Shown here: piece after piece, positions 37,021-48,373 of the stretch | Position numbering within the stretch: position 1 is the stretch's first letter | Layout: each line of letters opens with the position of its first letter | Assembly: GCA_040954595.2 (NCBI GenBank) | Contig: CM082587.2 | Coordinates: 11,475,403 to 11,539,402, forward strand | Reading direction: 5' to 3' | Length of the DNA stretch: 64,000 nucleotides | DNA from: Balanoglossus misakiensis | Lineage: Eukaryota; Animalia; Hemichordata | Program-made: the position numbers and the translations under genes | The notes under the pieces: generated by a model | What the model saw: only the letters and a program-made list of their open reading frames with translations | Told to the model about the DNA's origin: nothing | Databases searched by the model: none

Positions 37021-37950
37021 TCAAATAGAGAGATCCGCTATTCGTACTCGAGCGGCAACTGCAGAGTCTCTGACAGGTCGTCTCGGGGGTACAACATCCG
37101 CCTTCACCGAGGAATCTTCAGAGGCTCCAGCTGTGTCGACTGTTTCAGTATTCGTGTTGGAATCTGCTCCAATACCTGTATTATCTCCAGACACAGTTGA
37201 CAGCTCCTTGGAAACAACTTCCAATGGGTACAATTTATGGATAGGTCGGTTTGTAGGACCACCTGCGGTGTTCAACTCCGCAGATCGTACCAGTTTATCA
37301 TTACCGAAGATCAACCTTGTTACAGTTCCTAAATGCCATTTCGGACGTTTGTCAGTGTCACTGTGTATTATCACGACATCTCCGACCTTGATGACATTAT
37401 CACGAGTTCCTTTGGTGGGATGTCGTTCACGTAGGGCAGTCAGATAATCGGACGACCATCTTCGCCAAAATTGATCGTGTAATCTTGATAGATGTTCATA
37501 TCTTTTGTTGATTTCACGATTATCACAGTAAGATGGGTCAATCACCTCTTCGTCGGTGATCTCGATGTACGGCAATGATGTCAGTGTCCTGCCATGTAGC
37601 AAGTGATTTGGGGTCAATCCAATGTTGTCGTTTATACTGGATGACACGTACGTTAACGGCCTGTCGTTTAAAACGGCTTCAATTTCAGTCACAACTGTTG
37701 CGAGTTCATCAAAGGTTAGGTTAGCTCGACCGAGAGTTTTCCTAATAGCGTTCTTTGTCAAAGCAATCAGCCTCTCCCAGAAGCCACCAAACCAGGTCGC
37801 GCGCTTCGGTATAAACGTCCATTGTACACGATGTGCGGCGAGAAAGTCATTTACTTCTGGCGTATCAAACAGTGTTTTGATTTCATTGGCAGCCGATAAA
37901 TAAGTCGATGCGTTGTCTGACAGCATCCTACTCGGCAAAGAACGTCTCGC
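37021..37950 (-). pseudogene. BEL/Pao integrase core and DUF5641-like C-terminus, 5'-truncated
   Basis: SDNASTY, WTFIP..WFGGFWERLI, EIEAVLNDRPL, LTPNHLL, FWRRWSSDYL, KVGDVVII, RPIHKLYPLE. Confidence 0.9.
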
Positions 37951-39716
37951 TCTAAAGTGCCGGGGCTTCAGCTAAACCAGGCCGTAGGAAATCCGACGTA
38001 ATCACCGTTGATAACTTACGCCAGTCTGTGTCATATAGAGCCGGTGCACCAGCCGAGTCACGCCGTAGGAAATCTGACTTGATCAACGTGGTCAATGTAC
38101 GCCTGTTTCTGCTCTAGAGTGCCGGGGCTTCAGCTGAGCCAGGCCGTAGGAAACCCGACGTGATTACCGTTGTTAACTTACGCCAGTCTGTGTCCTATAT
38201 ATAGTGCCGGGGCATCAGCCGTGCCAGGCCGAAGGAAATGTGAGTAGATCAACGTGGTCTCTGTACGCGTGTTTCTGCTCTAGAGTGCCAGGGCTTTAGC
38301 CAAGCCATGCCGTAGGAAATCTGACTTGATCAACGTTGCTAACGAACGCTAGTGTCTGTCATAGTGTGCCGGGGTTTTAGTCGAGCCAAGCCGTAGGAGA
38401 TCAGACTTGATCAACGTGATCTCTGTACGCGTGTTTCTGCTCTAGAGTGCCGGGGTTTTAGCCGACTTATGCTGTAGGAAATCTGAGTTGATGAACGGGA
38501 ATTCAATGTAAGAAAACCCGTGTGGAAAGTATCTCTACCCGTTTGAAACTAAGAAAAGAATTTATTCTTATTTATTTTGTAAAAAAGACAATTTTTCGAA
38601 AAAAAGTCGAAAATGGTAATTTTGTCTTGGGTGATTCAATTTATACCGCGTTTTCTGGAATTTGCAGCACTTTTTACAAGAGAACGACACTTCATTATCC
38701 ATAATATTTCCGAAAATGAAGAAAAGAGTTAATTTTTTATGATTTTTTAAAAATTTACCATTTTTGTCAAAATATGGCCAAAATGGCTATTTTTTCTTGA
38801 ATTCCGTCAATATCTCTGCATTTTTGGAGTGGTCGAAAGTTTTAACATATAATCAACATGTCATATATGATCAGGGCACCAAATTCGAAAAACAAAGGTT
38901 TTTTTATTTTTTTTTCTAAAAATGACATTTTCAAGGAAAATTTGGTAAAACGCAATTTTGTCTGCAGTGAGCCAAATTAGCCGTTTTTTGTGGAATTTGT
39001 ATCGATATATATATACGAAGAGCATTCTATACTCCATCAGATTTCCAAAAATGTAGAAAACAGGTATTTTTGTAATTTTCAAAAATTTACCATTTTGACC
39101 AAATTGTGGCTAAAATTGTTATTTTCGTGTTGAATGCCGCCAGTGTCACTGCTTTTAAAAGTCATAAAAACTTTTAACATACAAGCAATTGTTTATATAT
39201 GATCAGGTCACCGAATTAAAAAAATAAAGAATGTTTTGCCTAAAAATGACCTTTTTGGTGCAAAAACGAATAAAACGCAATTTTGTATTAAATCAGCTCA
39301 TTCAGAGTGCATTTTTTATAATCAGCACCATTTTTACATATAATGGAAATTTCATACATCATCAGATAACCAAATATGAAAAAATGATTTAGATTTTAGA
39401 TGATTGTCCAAAATTAGCTGATATCTAATAAATGTAGTATTGAACCGTTCTGTCCCCCCCCCCCCCCTACATTATATGCGGTACGCCGATGTCAGCTTAC
39501 CCGGCAGTACTGCAGGCCGTGCCCCCAACTAACGTCGGTGTTTATTATTATTATTATTATTATTATGCTTTATTTAAAGTGGGTAGTCTGTGTTACAAAG
39601 TAGAATTGTAATATACAACAGAGCCCTCAAAGGCAAAATGAGAATGAATACAACAAGGAAAAAAAAAACACTGAAAAAATCAAATCAAGTCGCAATGGCG
39701 GAAACATTCATGAAAT

Positions 39717-42700
39717 CTAATCAAGTGATGAACCTTCATTTATAAATTTAGTGTGAAAAAAGTTACGTAGTTGTGACTTGAACTGTGACAGACTGTATAT
39801 GCTTCTTATAGACAGGGGAATATTGTTCCAGATATTTGTTGCTCGATACATAAAAGACCTTTGCCCAGTTGCTGTTTTAAAAGTGGGCACATACAAATTA
39901 GCGTTGCTGACAGATCTAGTGGTAAAATTGTACATCTCAGAAACATAGGAAAATTCATTTAAATAATCAGGCGCCAGGCCATGTAGTATCTTGAAAGTTT
40001 GAACAGCAATGAAATACTCAATTCTAATATCAATGGGCAACCAATGAAGAGTTGTCAGAAGAGAACGAGAAGGAAATGTAATGTCTACTCCTAAAATTAC
40101 TCTGCCGGCTCTTTTCTGAAGTTTATAAATTCTCTGTAGATTGGTTTTTGATGTGTTGCCCCAAACAGTGCAACAGTAATCAATTATAGAAAGGAAAATA
40201 GCATTATAAACCAACATAAGAGTATGCCTTGGGGTCAAAGGTCGCAATTTCCTCAGTACCCCAATCCGCATTGACAATTTTCTACTTAAGTTATCTATAT
40301 GAGTATCCCATGTTAAAGCATTGTCAATCTCTATTCCAAGAAGTGTGTGAGAAGAAACACAAGAAATGCAAGTATTATTGATCCTAATATTGGGAGTGAC
40401 ACTGTGCTCGGACACATTATTAACCTTTGGGCGAGAGGCAACAATCATCCATTTTGTCTTGGTGGTGTTAATTGACATGGCATTATTTGAAACCCATGTG
40501 GAAATTGGTAAAACGTCCTCTTGAAGTTTTGTACCAACCTCATTAATAGAGATGCCAGAGACACAAAGTGTTTGATCATCAGCAAACATATCAATGTTGC
40601 CCATGCTGAGACTCAAAGGTAAATCATTAATGAAAATTAAAAACAAAAGAGGTCCTAAAATGGAACCTTGTGGAACACCACAAACAACAGGTAAAGTCTT
40701 TGATTCCTCACCCATGTAACTGACAAATTGACATCTATTCGAGAGATATGAACGAAACCATTTTAAAGATACATCATTAACACCGTAAATGGACAATTTC
40801 CTTAAAAGAATATCATGATCGACCAAGTCAAAGGCCTTACATAAGTCAAGATACATTAGGCCATTGTACAGACCATTATCAATATTTCTTAAAAGTTGAT
40901 CTGTAAGCTTCAGCAATGCGGTATTACATGAATGAAAGCGTCTGAAACCCGACTGCGAACTCATAATTAACTTATTATTCTGTAGATAAGTGTACAGACT
41001 GTTATAAACGTGTCTCTCAAGTATCTTTGATAAAGCAGGCAAGATTGATATGGGCCTGTAATTACTAATAACATGTTTCGGCCCGTTCTTATGTATGGGT
41101 ACAACTCTGGCACATTTAAAGCAATCAGGGAAAGTACCATTCGTTATTGACAAATTGAACATATTAGTAATGCGACCCGCTATACTATTTGCCTCGATTT
41201 TAAGAAGTTTGGGGGAGACATTGTCAAAACCATGAGATTTGGTAGCATCTAACGATGCTAGTTGCTCCATCACAAAATTAAATGGGATTTGGGGCAGCTG
41301 AAAAGAAGGTAAATTTGGGCTCATTTGTGAATTAACCCACGTTTTCGTGATTGCCAAATCTGAGTGGCCAGGAAGACTTTGGCGGTACTCAACAACAATA
41401 CTGGTGAAATAATCATTGAAGGCATCTGCAATGTCTTTGTGATTCGACAGTGTTCTGTTATTGGAAGTGATGCGAGGACTTTGCGAACAGGCGTTATCAT
41501 TTGAAAGAATGTCATGTACAGTACGCCATACAACAGTTGGATTACTGGAATTTGCAGAAAAAATACTTCTATAGTAGCGACGCTTCTCGGTGGTTATAAA
41601 GTGAACTACCTTATTTCTTAGTGTTCTATACATACTCCAGTCATCATGCGAGTTGGAACGCACGGCTTTATCGAGATGAAAGTCTCTAACATGAATTAGC
41701 TCCAAAATCTCCGAAGAAAACCATGGTGGTTGTCGTAGCCGCTTCACCCTTCGAACAACTCTTGGTGCATGCGTATTGCAGATGTCATTAAAAAAAGTTG
41801 CCCAGTCCATAAACGCAGTATTTACATCGTCTGTATGACAATAAGACTCAAAAGCAGAGTTTAAGTCATCGATAAAGCTGTTTGCATGAAAGTTTCGAAA
41901 ATGCCTACTGGTAACATAAATATGTGAGCCCGTATTACAATTGTTGGCATGGTAACGTCGTATAACACAAACAGGATAGTGGTCGGAAAGACCAACCTTA
42001 GGGATACAGGTTCTCGAAATGTTACTAGGACTATTTACATAAATGTGATCAAGCAAGGTTCCCGATATGGGGCGAGTTACAGTGGTGACGAGTTGACTAA
42101 AATTCATAGATTCCATACACTTATACAGATAGCTATTCCTCCCATTTGGACTCAGGAGGTTGAAGTTAAAATCACCCAATACAATCATTTCTTTGTTTTC
42201 TAAATAAACAGATTCGATAATACTCTCAATAACTTTGTCAACAGAAAGAGTTGAACTAGGTGGTCTATAAATACCAATTACAAAGATTGGACGGGCGTAA
42301 TTAATAGACAGTTCAATTATGATGACCTCGGTATTACAGTTTTCAAGATCATGCCTGCGTTTGAAGGTGAAATTCGAGTTAACATAAGCGAGAAGGCCAC
42401 CACCAGGTCCAGTTGACCTGTCTTTTCTGCATGATTCGTACCCATTAATGATAAAATCTGCATCACAATGAAGGTCACTGAGAAATGTTTCACTCAAAAT
42501 AAGAACATCGAAAGGTTTAATGTTATTGTTCAATTTTAAGCGCAATTCATCAATCTTGTTGGTTAAATGTTGAATGTTCCAAAAACCAATACGTATACCT
42601 TTTGAAGTAGTGAGATCATGAAATGGGTGACTACTGGAGTTCGCAGTAGGATCAACATGTGGTTTCGGTGAAGTTGATGTGATGTCACCATGAGTAGTAG

Positions 42701-42731
42701 TATTTTCGGCACACTCATCATGGCCGGCTTC
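39717..42731 (-). CDS. L2/CR1-group ORF2: APE endonuclease + reverse transcriptase; open from the ORF1 stop, no upstream ATG
   Basis: GIRIGFWNI, LSETFL, GGGLLAYV, IYRPP, GDFN, LLDHI, SDHYPV, NYRPISIL, QSGFR, DLCKAFD, GVPQGSILGP, FADD. The frame is open from 42731; the ORF track start at 42545 is a TTG. Confidence 0.93.
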   Translation of the reverse strand, partial: EAGHDECAENTTTHGDITSTSPKPHVDPTANSSSHPFHDLTTSKGIRIGFWNIQHLTNKIDELRLKLNNNIKPFDVLILSETFLSDLHCDADFIINGYESCRKDRSTGPGGGLLAYVNSNFTFKRRHDLENCNTEVIIIELSINYARPIFVIGIYRPPSSTLSVDKVIESIIESVYLENKEMIVLGDFNFNLLSPNGRNSYLYKCMESMNFSQLVTTVTRPISGTLLDHIYVNSPSNISRTCIPKVGLSDHYPVCVIRRYHANNCNTGSHIYVTSRHFRNFHANSFIDDLNSAFESYCHTDDVNTAFMDWATFFNDICNTHAPRVVRRVKRLRQPPWFSSEILELIHVRDFHLDKAVRSNSHDDWSMYRTLRNKVVHFITTEKRRYYRSIFSANSSNPTVVWRTVHDILSNDNACSQSPRITSNNRTLSNHKDIADAFNDYFTSIVVEYRQSLPGHSDLAITKTWVNSQMSPNLPSFQLPQIPFNFVMEQLASLDATKSHGFDNVSPKLLKIEANSIAGRITNMFNLSITNGTFPDCFKCARVVPIHKNGPKHVISNYRPISILPALSKILERHVYNSLYTYLQNNKLIMSSQSGFRRFHSCNTALLKLTDQLLRNIDNGLYNGLMYLDLCKAFDLVDHDILLRKLSIYGVNDVSLKWFRSYLSNRCQFVSYMGEESKTLPVVCGVPQGSILGPLLFLIFINDLPLSLSMGNIDMFADDQTLCVSGISINEVGTKLQEDVLPISTWVSNNAMSINTTKTKWMIVASRPKVNNVSEHSVTPNIRINNTCISCVSSHTLLGIEIDNALTWDTHIDNLSRKLSMRIGVLRKLRPLTPRHTLMLVYNAIFLSIIDYCCTVWGNTSKTNLQRIYKLQKRAGRVILGVDITFPSRSLLTTLHWLPIDIRIEYFIAVQTFKILHGLAPDYLNEFSYVSEMYNFTTRSVSNANLYVPTFKTATGQRSFMYRATNIWNNIPLSIRSIYSLSQFKSQLRNFFHTKFINEGSSLD

Positions 42732-44573
42732 TCAGGCGCGGGTACAGTTCTTTGACTTGTGCCCTTGAGTGCCACATGACCAGCAAGTTACCGCTGCACC
42801 ATGTCGACAAACACGACTCACGTGACCATCCTCTCCGCAGTTGAAACATTTGACATTTGTTGCGGGTTGCGAGAAGTTACGCTGCGAGAACATACGACCG
42901 GCGTTTGGGTTTCTGTTGGTTACGACATGTTGTTCCGGTCTTCTGCTGAGAAAAGTGTTTTCGTATCTTTGCCGTTGAACTGCTGGCCCAGGGCGAGTAA
43001 ACGATTGGTTATCCCATCTTCGACGTTGAAATTCGTCCGGGCGAGTAAACGATTGGTTATCCCATCTTCGACGTTGAAATTCGTCCGGGCGAGTAGACGA
43101 TTGGTTATCCCATCTTCGACGTTGAAATTTGCCCGGTGTGAACAGTTGTTCGAGACCAGCATTCGTCAACATAATACGAATGCCTTTGACACTTAGGTGA
43201 ATGCCGTCTCGATAGAGTGTAGACGCATCAATTGTGTTATTACGGAATTTGAAGGTACCATCGTTGTCAATGAAATTGACGTTTTCCCGTTGGCACAGCA
43301 AAGCAAGCTCATTGTTAACTTCATCTATTTTTGGTTGAACATCAGTAGTGTCTGTCCGAGGCGGAATGCTGAGAACGATGACTCGATCATTTGACAAGGT
43401 TTTGGCGAGTTTTATCAAATCCAGGTAGCTTGCTATGATATCACCCGTTGGAATCATCTTACTGATGTCATTTGTTCCTACTTGGAGATATATTTCCCTG
43501 TATTTGTCGTTGCATTTAGCAGACAGGTTAGCATGAATGTCATTAATCGTAGCACCTGGAATAGCTTCCACTGTAGCATTGTGATTTACTGGGGATATGA
43601 AACGAAGTAACGAGTCCCCAACGAATAATGTTTGGTCTTGTGTACGCTGCTCTCTGACATGAGACTCATCTGTCTGGATCATATCATCACTAGTTTGTGT
43701 ACCTAGAGATCTTACCTCCGGACGGTTACTTTGTTTAGTCAGTTCCGTATGTAGTCTCATTTTCAGGTCGGCATTTACGTCACGGAGCTTGAGAAGTTCC
43801 TCCTTTAATTCAGCGTTTTCTTTCGTAGCGGATGAGTATATATCCCGTAGGTATTCATTGGTGTCCTTAAATTCAGAAATTTGATTATTCAGTGCAGTGA
43901 CGGAATGTGACAGACGTCTACAGTCATGGCATGGCCAGAAATAGCGGTTCAGTTCCTCATTTTCAACATTTATGCACTTTAGGTGAAACCAGCTATAACA
44001 CAAGCTGCACCGAATCATTTCACCATTACCCGATCTATCAAGTTTGCAGTTTTCAGTACAGTAACATTCAGTGCCGGGTGATTTTTGTTGACGATTCTTT
44101 TCCGCTTGACGCTTTTTCTTTGACTTGCGTGGGGTTTTCTTACCAGCTTTTGGTGGTCGCTGGGTTGATTCAACATTGTCGGATTCCAGGGTAATATCAG
44201 ACGAATCAACTTCGGAGTTGCTGTGACTAAAGCTTCTCACTAGCGACTTTATAGGAGAGGTAACCATGTCAATGACATAGTTGGCAGAAGGCGGTGACGA
44301 TGGACGGCTTACCTCTGCCAGGCGCTGTTGGACACGGTTATTCAAGGCGTTTCCGATGTAGTGGCATACCTTTTTAATGGGATCGGCTTCAACATTAGGT
44401 AGCAGGAGCGTCATTTCGGCATTTAACTCTTTGACAAGTGGCCATTTGCTGAATGATTTCAGTTCTTGTGGAGACATGTCGTTTACTCGATCCAGGTACT
44501 TTGCTTTCATCTGTCGCTCAATGTCTAATGGAACTGTGGATTCACCGGTGACAGATTTCCTTTGTGTTGCCAT
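42732..44573 (-). CDS. LINE ORF1: PHD finger + coiled coil + SGNH esterase + two CCHC zinc knuckles
   Basis: PHD CYC..CSLC..HLKC..WPCHDC. SGNH blocks GDS, PGAT, GTND, DGIH. Knuckles CFNCGEDGHVSRVC and CWSCGTQGHKSKNC. First ATG at 44573 (MATQRK). Confidence 0.9.
   Translation of the reverse strand: MATQRKSVTGESTVPLDIERQMKAKYLDRVNDMSPQELKSFSKWPLVKELNAEMTLLLPNVEADPIKKVCHYIGNALNNRVQQRLAEVSRPSSPPSANYVIDMVTSPIKSLVRSFSHSNSEVDSSDITLESDNVESTQRPPKAGKKTPRKSKKKRQAEKNRQQKSPGTECYCTENCKLDRSGNGEMIRCSLCYSWFHLKCINVENEELNRYFWPCHDCRRLSHSVTALNNQISEFKDTNEYLRDIYSSATKENAELKEELLKLRDVNADLKMRLHTELTKQSNRPEVRSLGTQTSDDMIQTDESHVREQRTQDQTLFVGDSLLRFISPVNHNATVEAIPGATINDIHANLSAKCNDKYREIYLQVGTNDISKMIPTGDIIASYLDLIKLAKTLSNDRVIVLSIPPRTDTTDVQPKIDEVNNELALLCQRENVNFIDNDGTFKFRNNTIDASTLYRDGIHLSVKGIRIMLTNAGLEQLFTPGKFQRRRWDNQSSTRPDEFQRRRWDNQSFTRPDEFQRRRWDNQSFTRPGPAVQRQRYENTFLSRRPEQHVVTNRNPNAGRMFSQRNFSQPATNVKCFNCGEDGHVSRVCRHGAAVTCWSCGTQGHKSKNCTRA
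42989..43133 (-). repeat. 48-bp coding tandem repeat x3 (FQRRRWDNQSxTRP) in ORF1
   Basis: Three near-identical in-frame copies. Confidence 0.92.
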
Positions 44574-45602
44574 CTTGATTTGCAATGCAAATTTTTGGAA
44601 GACAATACAGTTATTTGGATGACAATACAAATTTCCCGCCACTCCAGAGAGATTGTACAGTGCAGTCCTTCAATACACATATGGTGAAGAAGAAAAACCG
44701 AATGGCGAAATCCAGATGAACAGTGCACACTTACATTTCAAACAAGGTTCTAGGTATTAAGAACAGTTTCATGTTCCAGTCCTTGTGCCGTACAAGTCAT
44801 AAGCATCAGATCTAAGGCAAAAAACTAGCAATTTTCAGGAGCCGTAATCACTAAGCTGCGACCAGTAAAACAGCGCCACCACCACATGACCTCGGTATTA
44901 CAGTTTTCAAGATCATGCCTGGAAACGCCCTGGTTAAATTCGGGCTCTCTCTATAAATTGACAGGCAATAATGCAGTCCTACCCGAACAAATGTCGAGTG
45001 TTGACCCGCTGTGACTTTCCCTCTTCGTTTTCCCCGACTTAGCCAACGTCTTTGTACCAGAGTGTCGGGTCTTTTGCAGAGCCAGGCCGAAGGAAATCCG
45101 ACTTGATCACCGTTGCTAACGAACGCTAGTGTCTGTCATGGTGTGCCGGGGTTTTAGTCGAGCCAGGCCGTAGGAGATCTGACTTGATCATCGTGGTCAA
45201 TATACGCGTGTTTCCGCTCTAAAGTGCCGGGGCTTCAGCTAAACCAGGCCGTAGGAAATCCGACGTAATCACCGTTGATAACTTACGCCAGTCTGTGTCA
45301 TATAGAGCCGGTGCACCAGCCGAGTCACGCCATAGGAAATCTGACTTGATCAACGTGGTCAATGTACGCATGTTTCTGCTCTAGAGTGCCGGGGCTTCAG
45401 CTGAGCCAGGCCGTAGGAAACCCGACGTGATTACCGTTGTTAACTTACGCCAGTCTGTGTCCTATATATAGTGCCGGGGCATCAGCCGTGCCAGGCCGAA
45501 GGAAATGTGAGTAGATCAACGTGGTCTCTGTACGCGTGTTTCTGCTCTAGAGTGCCAGGGCTTTAGCCAAGCCATGCCGTAGGAAATCTGACTTGATCAA
45601 CG

Positions 45603-45753
45603 TTGTCTTTTTTACAAAATAAATAAGAATAAATTCTTTTCTTAGTTTCAAACGGGTAGAGATACTTTCCACACGGGAGACCACGTTGATCTACTAACAT
45701 TTCCTTCGGCCTGGCACGGCTGATGCCCCGGCACTATATATAGGACACAGACT
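45603..45753 (-). other. two inverted templated snippets of satellite sequence replacing one 81-mer
   Basis: 45603-45677 is the reverse complement of ~46025-46099; 45677-45753 is the reverse complement of ~45453-45528. Microhomologies ttg and cagact at the outer junctions. Confidence 0.9.
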
Positions 45754-47986
45754 TGATCAACGTGGTCTCTGTACGCGTGTTTCTGCTCTAGAGTGCCGGG
45801 GCTTTATCCAAGCCATGCCGTAGAAAATCTGACTTGATCACCGTTGCTAACGTACGCTAGTGTCTGTCATATTTTGACGGAGATTTAGCCGAGCCAGGCC
45901 GTAGAAAAATCGACTTGTTCAACGTTACCAGTGTGCAACTGTTTCTGCTCTAGAGTGTCAGGGTTTTAGCCGACTTATGCTGTAGGAAATCTGAGTTGAT
46001 GAACGGGAATTCAATGTTAGAAAACCCGTGTGGAAAGTATCTCTACCCGTTTGAAACTAAGAAAAGAATTTATTCTTATTTATTTTGTAAAAAAGACAAT
46101 TTTTCGGAAAATGTCGAAAATGGTAATTTTGACTTGGGTGATTCAAATTATACCGCCTTTTCTGGAATTTGCAGCACTTTTTACAAGAGAACGACACTTC
46201 ATGCTCCATAATATTTCCGAAAATGAAGAAAAGATTTAATTTTTTTAGATTTTTTTAAAATTTACCATTTTTGTCTAAATATGGCCAAAATGGCTATTTT
46301 TTCTTGAATTCCGTCAATATCTCTGCATTTTTGGAGTGGTCGAAAGTTTTAACATACAATCAACATGTCATATATGATCAGGGCACCAAATTCGAAGAAC
46401 AAAGGTTTTTTTTATTTTTTTTCTAAAAATGACATTTTCAAGGAAAATTTGGTAAAACGCAATTTGTCTGCAGTGAGCCAAATTAGACGGTCTTTTGTGG
46501 AATTTGTATCGATATATATAGATACGAAGAGCATTCTATACTCCATCAGATTTCCGAAAATGTAGAAAACAGGTATTTTTTGTAATTTTCAAAAATTTAC
46601 CATTTTGACCAAATTGTGGCTAAAATTGTTATTTTCGTGTTGAATGCCGCCAGTGTCACTGCTTTTAAAAGTCAGAAAAACTTTTAACATACAAGCAATT
46701 GTTTATATATGATCAGGTCACCGAATTAAAAAATAAAGAATGTTTTGCCTAAAAATGACCTTTTTGGTGCAAAAACGAATAAAACGCAATTTTGTATTAA
46801 ATCAGCTCATTCAGAGTGCATTTTTATAATCAGCACCATTTTTACATATAATGGAAATTTCATACATCATCAGATATGCAAATATGAAAAAATGATTTAG
46901 ATTTTAGATGATTGTCCAAAATTAGCTGATATCTGATAAATGTAGCATTGAACCGTTCTGTTTCCCTCCCCCCCCCCCCTACATTACATGCGGTACGCCG
47001 ATGTCAGCTTACCCGGCAGTACTGCAGGCCGTGCCCCCAACTAACGTCGGTGTTTGAAACGCCCTGGTTAAATTCGGGCTTTCTCTATAAATTGACAGGC
47101 AATAATGCAGTCCTACCCGAACAAATGTCGAGTGTTGACCCGCTGTGACTTTCCCTCTTCGGTTTGCCCGACTTAGCCAACGTCTTTGTACTAGAGTGTC
47201 AGGTCTTTTGCAGAGCCAGGCCGAAGGAAATCCGACTTGATCACCGTTGCTAACGAACGCTAGTGTCTGTCATGGTGTGCCGGGGTTTTAGTCGAGCCAG
47301 GCCATAGGAGATCTGACTTGATCATCGTGGTCAATGTACGCGTGTTTCCGCTCTAAAGTGCCGGGGCTTCAGCTAAACCAGGCCGTAGGAAATCCGACGT
47401 AATCACCGTTGATAACTTACGCCAGTCTGTGTCATATAGAGCCGGTGCACCAGCCGAGTCACGCCGTAGGAAATCTGACTTGATCAACGTGGTCAATGTA
47501 CGCCTGTTTCTGCTCTAGAGTGCCGGGGCTTCAGCTGAGCCAGGCCGTAGGAAACCCGACGTGATTACCGTTGTTAACTTACGCCAGTCTGTGTCCTATA
47601 TATAGTGCCGGGGCATCAGCCGTGCCAGGCCGAAGGAAATGTGAGTAGATCAACGTGGTCTCTGTACGCGTGTTTCTGCTCTACAGTGCCAGGGCTTTAG
47701 CCAAGCCATGCCGTAGGAAATCTGACTTGATCAACGTTGCTAACGAACGCTAGTGTCTGTCATAGTGTGCCAGGGTTTCAGTCGAGCCAAGCCGTAGGAG
47801 ATCAGACTTGATCAACGTGGTCTCTGTACGCGTGTTTCTGCTCTAGAGTGCCGGGGCTTTATCCAAGCCATGCCGTAGAAAATCTGACTTGATCACCGTT
47901 GCTAACATACGCTAGTGTCTGTCATATTGTGACGGAGATTTAGCCGAGCCAGGCCCTAGAAAAATCGACTTGTTCAACGTTACCAG

Positions 47987-48373
47987 TGTAGTAACCTCGA
48001 TGTGTCGTCTCAAATGGCGCCCAAATTCACATCAAAGGCCACAGGGTTCTATAGTATTTGCCGTTAACTAACTGGAGCTCACCATCGCCGACGAACATTC
48101 CTTGTCAGATGTCACAGAAAACGCTGCTCGGAACTTTACACGAACATTTAATGACTGAACATACAACACTGGCACTGGATGATGCGTCGCGGTGGTTGAA
48201 GTTTCCGTAGAAAACTGGCAAAAATCCCCAGGCTAACTGTGCAAAAGTCCTCACATGTGCGCCATGGAATTTTCCAGATATTTTCTAAACAAAAGCGCAT
48301 GCGCTAATGTACTCACAGCGCGAGGGCGCTAGACTAAATATTTCAGTTTCTCTAAGAACTGGGCGTCCTTACA
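47987..48373 (-). repeat. BEL/Pao 3' LTR (387 bp), left arm
   Basis: TGTA...TACA ends; PPT complement ccagccccc at 48374-48382. Confidence 0.9.

Larger units (their letters stand above)
36513..37950 (-). mobile_element. BEL/Pao LTR retrotransposon 3' fragment (integrase C-terminus, PPT, 3' LTR)
   Basis: PPT GCGCGGGGGAGAA (36849-36861, minus strand) followed by the LTR. The 5' side is fused to the satellite through a cgc microhomology at 37948-37950, with part of a satellite unit deleted. Confidence 0.9.
39544..44921 (-). mobile_element. full-length L2/CR1-group LINE with (TAA)n tail, no TSD
   Basis: The satellite is split at ggtgttt|gaaacgcc (39543/44922). (tta)n tail at 39542-39566. ORF1 and ORF2 are intact, with a ~310-bp 5' UTR and a 36-bp extra 5' piece at 44886-44921. 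Confidence 0.93.
19413..47986 (+). repeat. ~2.05-kb macrosatellite array, left arm (~10 units including partial ones), interrupted by three retroelements
   Basis: The landmark gtggaaagtatctctac recurs at 21030, 23084, 25135, 31824, 33885, 35927, 38522 and 46030. Unit = ~1 kb AT-rich part (diverged ~330-bp subrepeats) + poly-C + ~200-bp core + ~11 x 81-bp subrepeats. The first unit is 1885 bp because it lacks two 81-mers. Confidence 0.97.
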
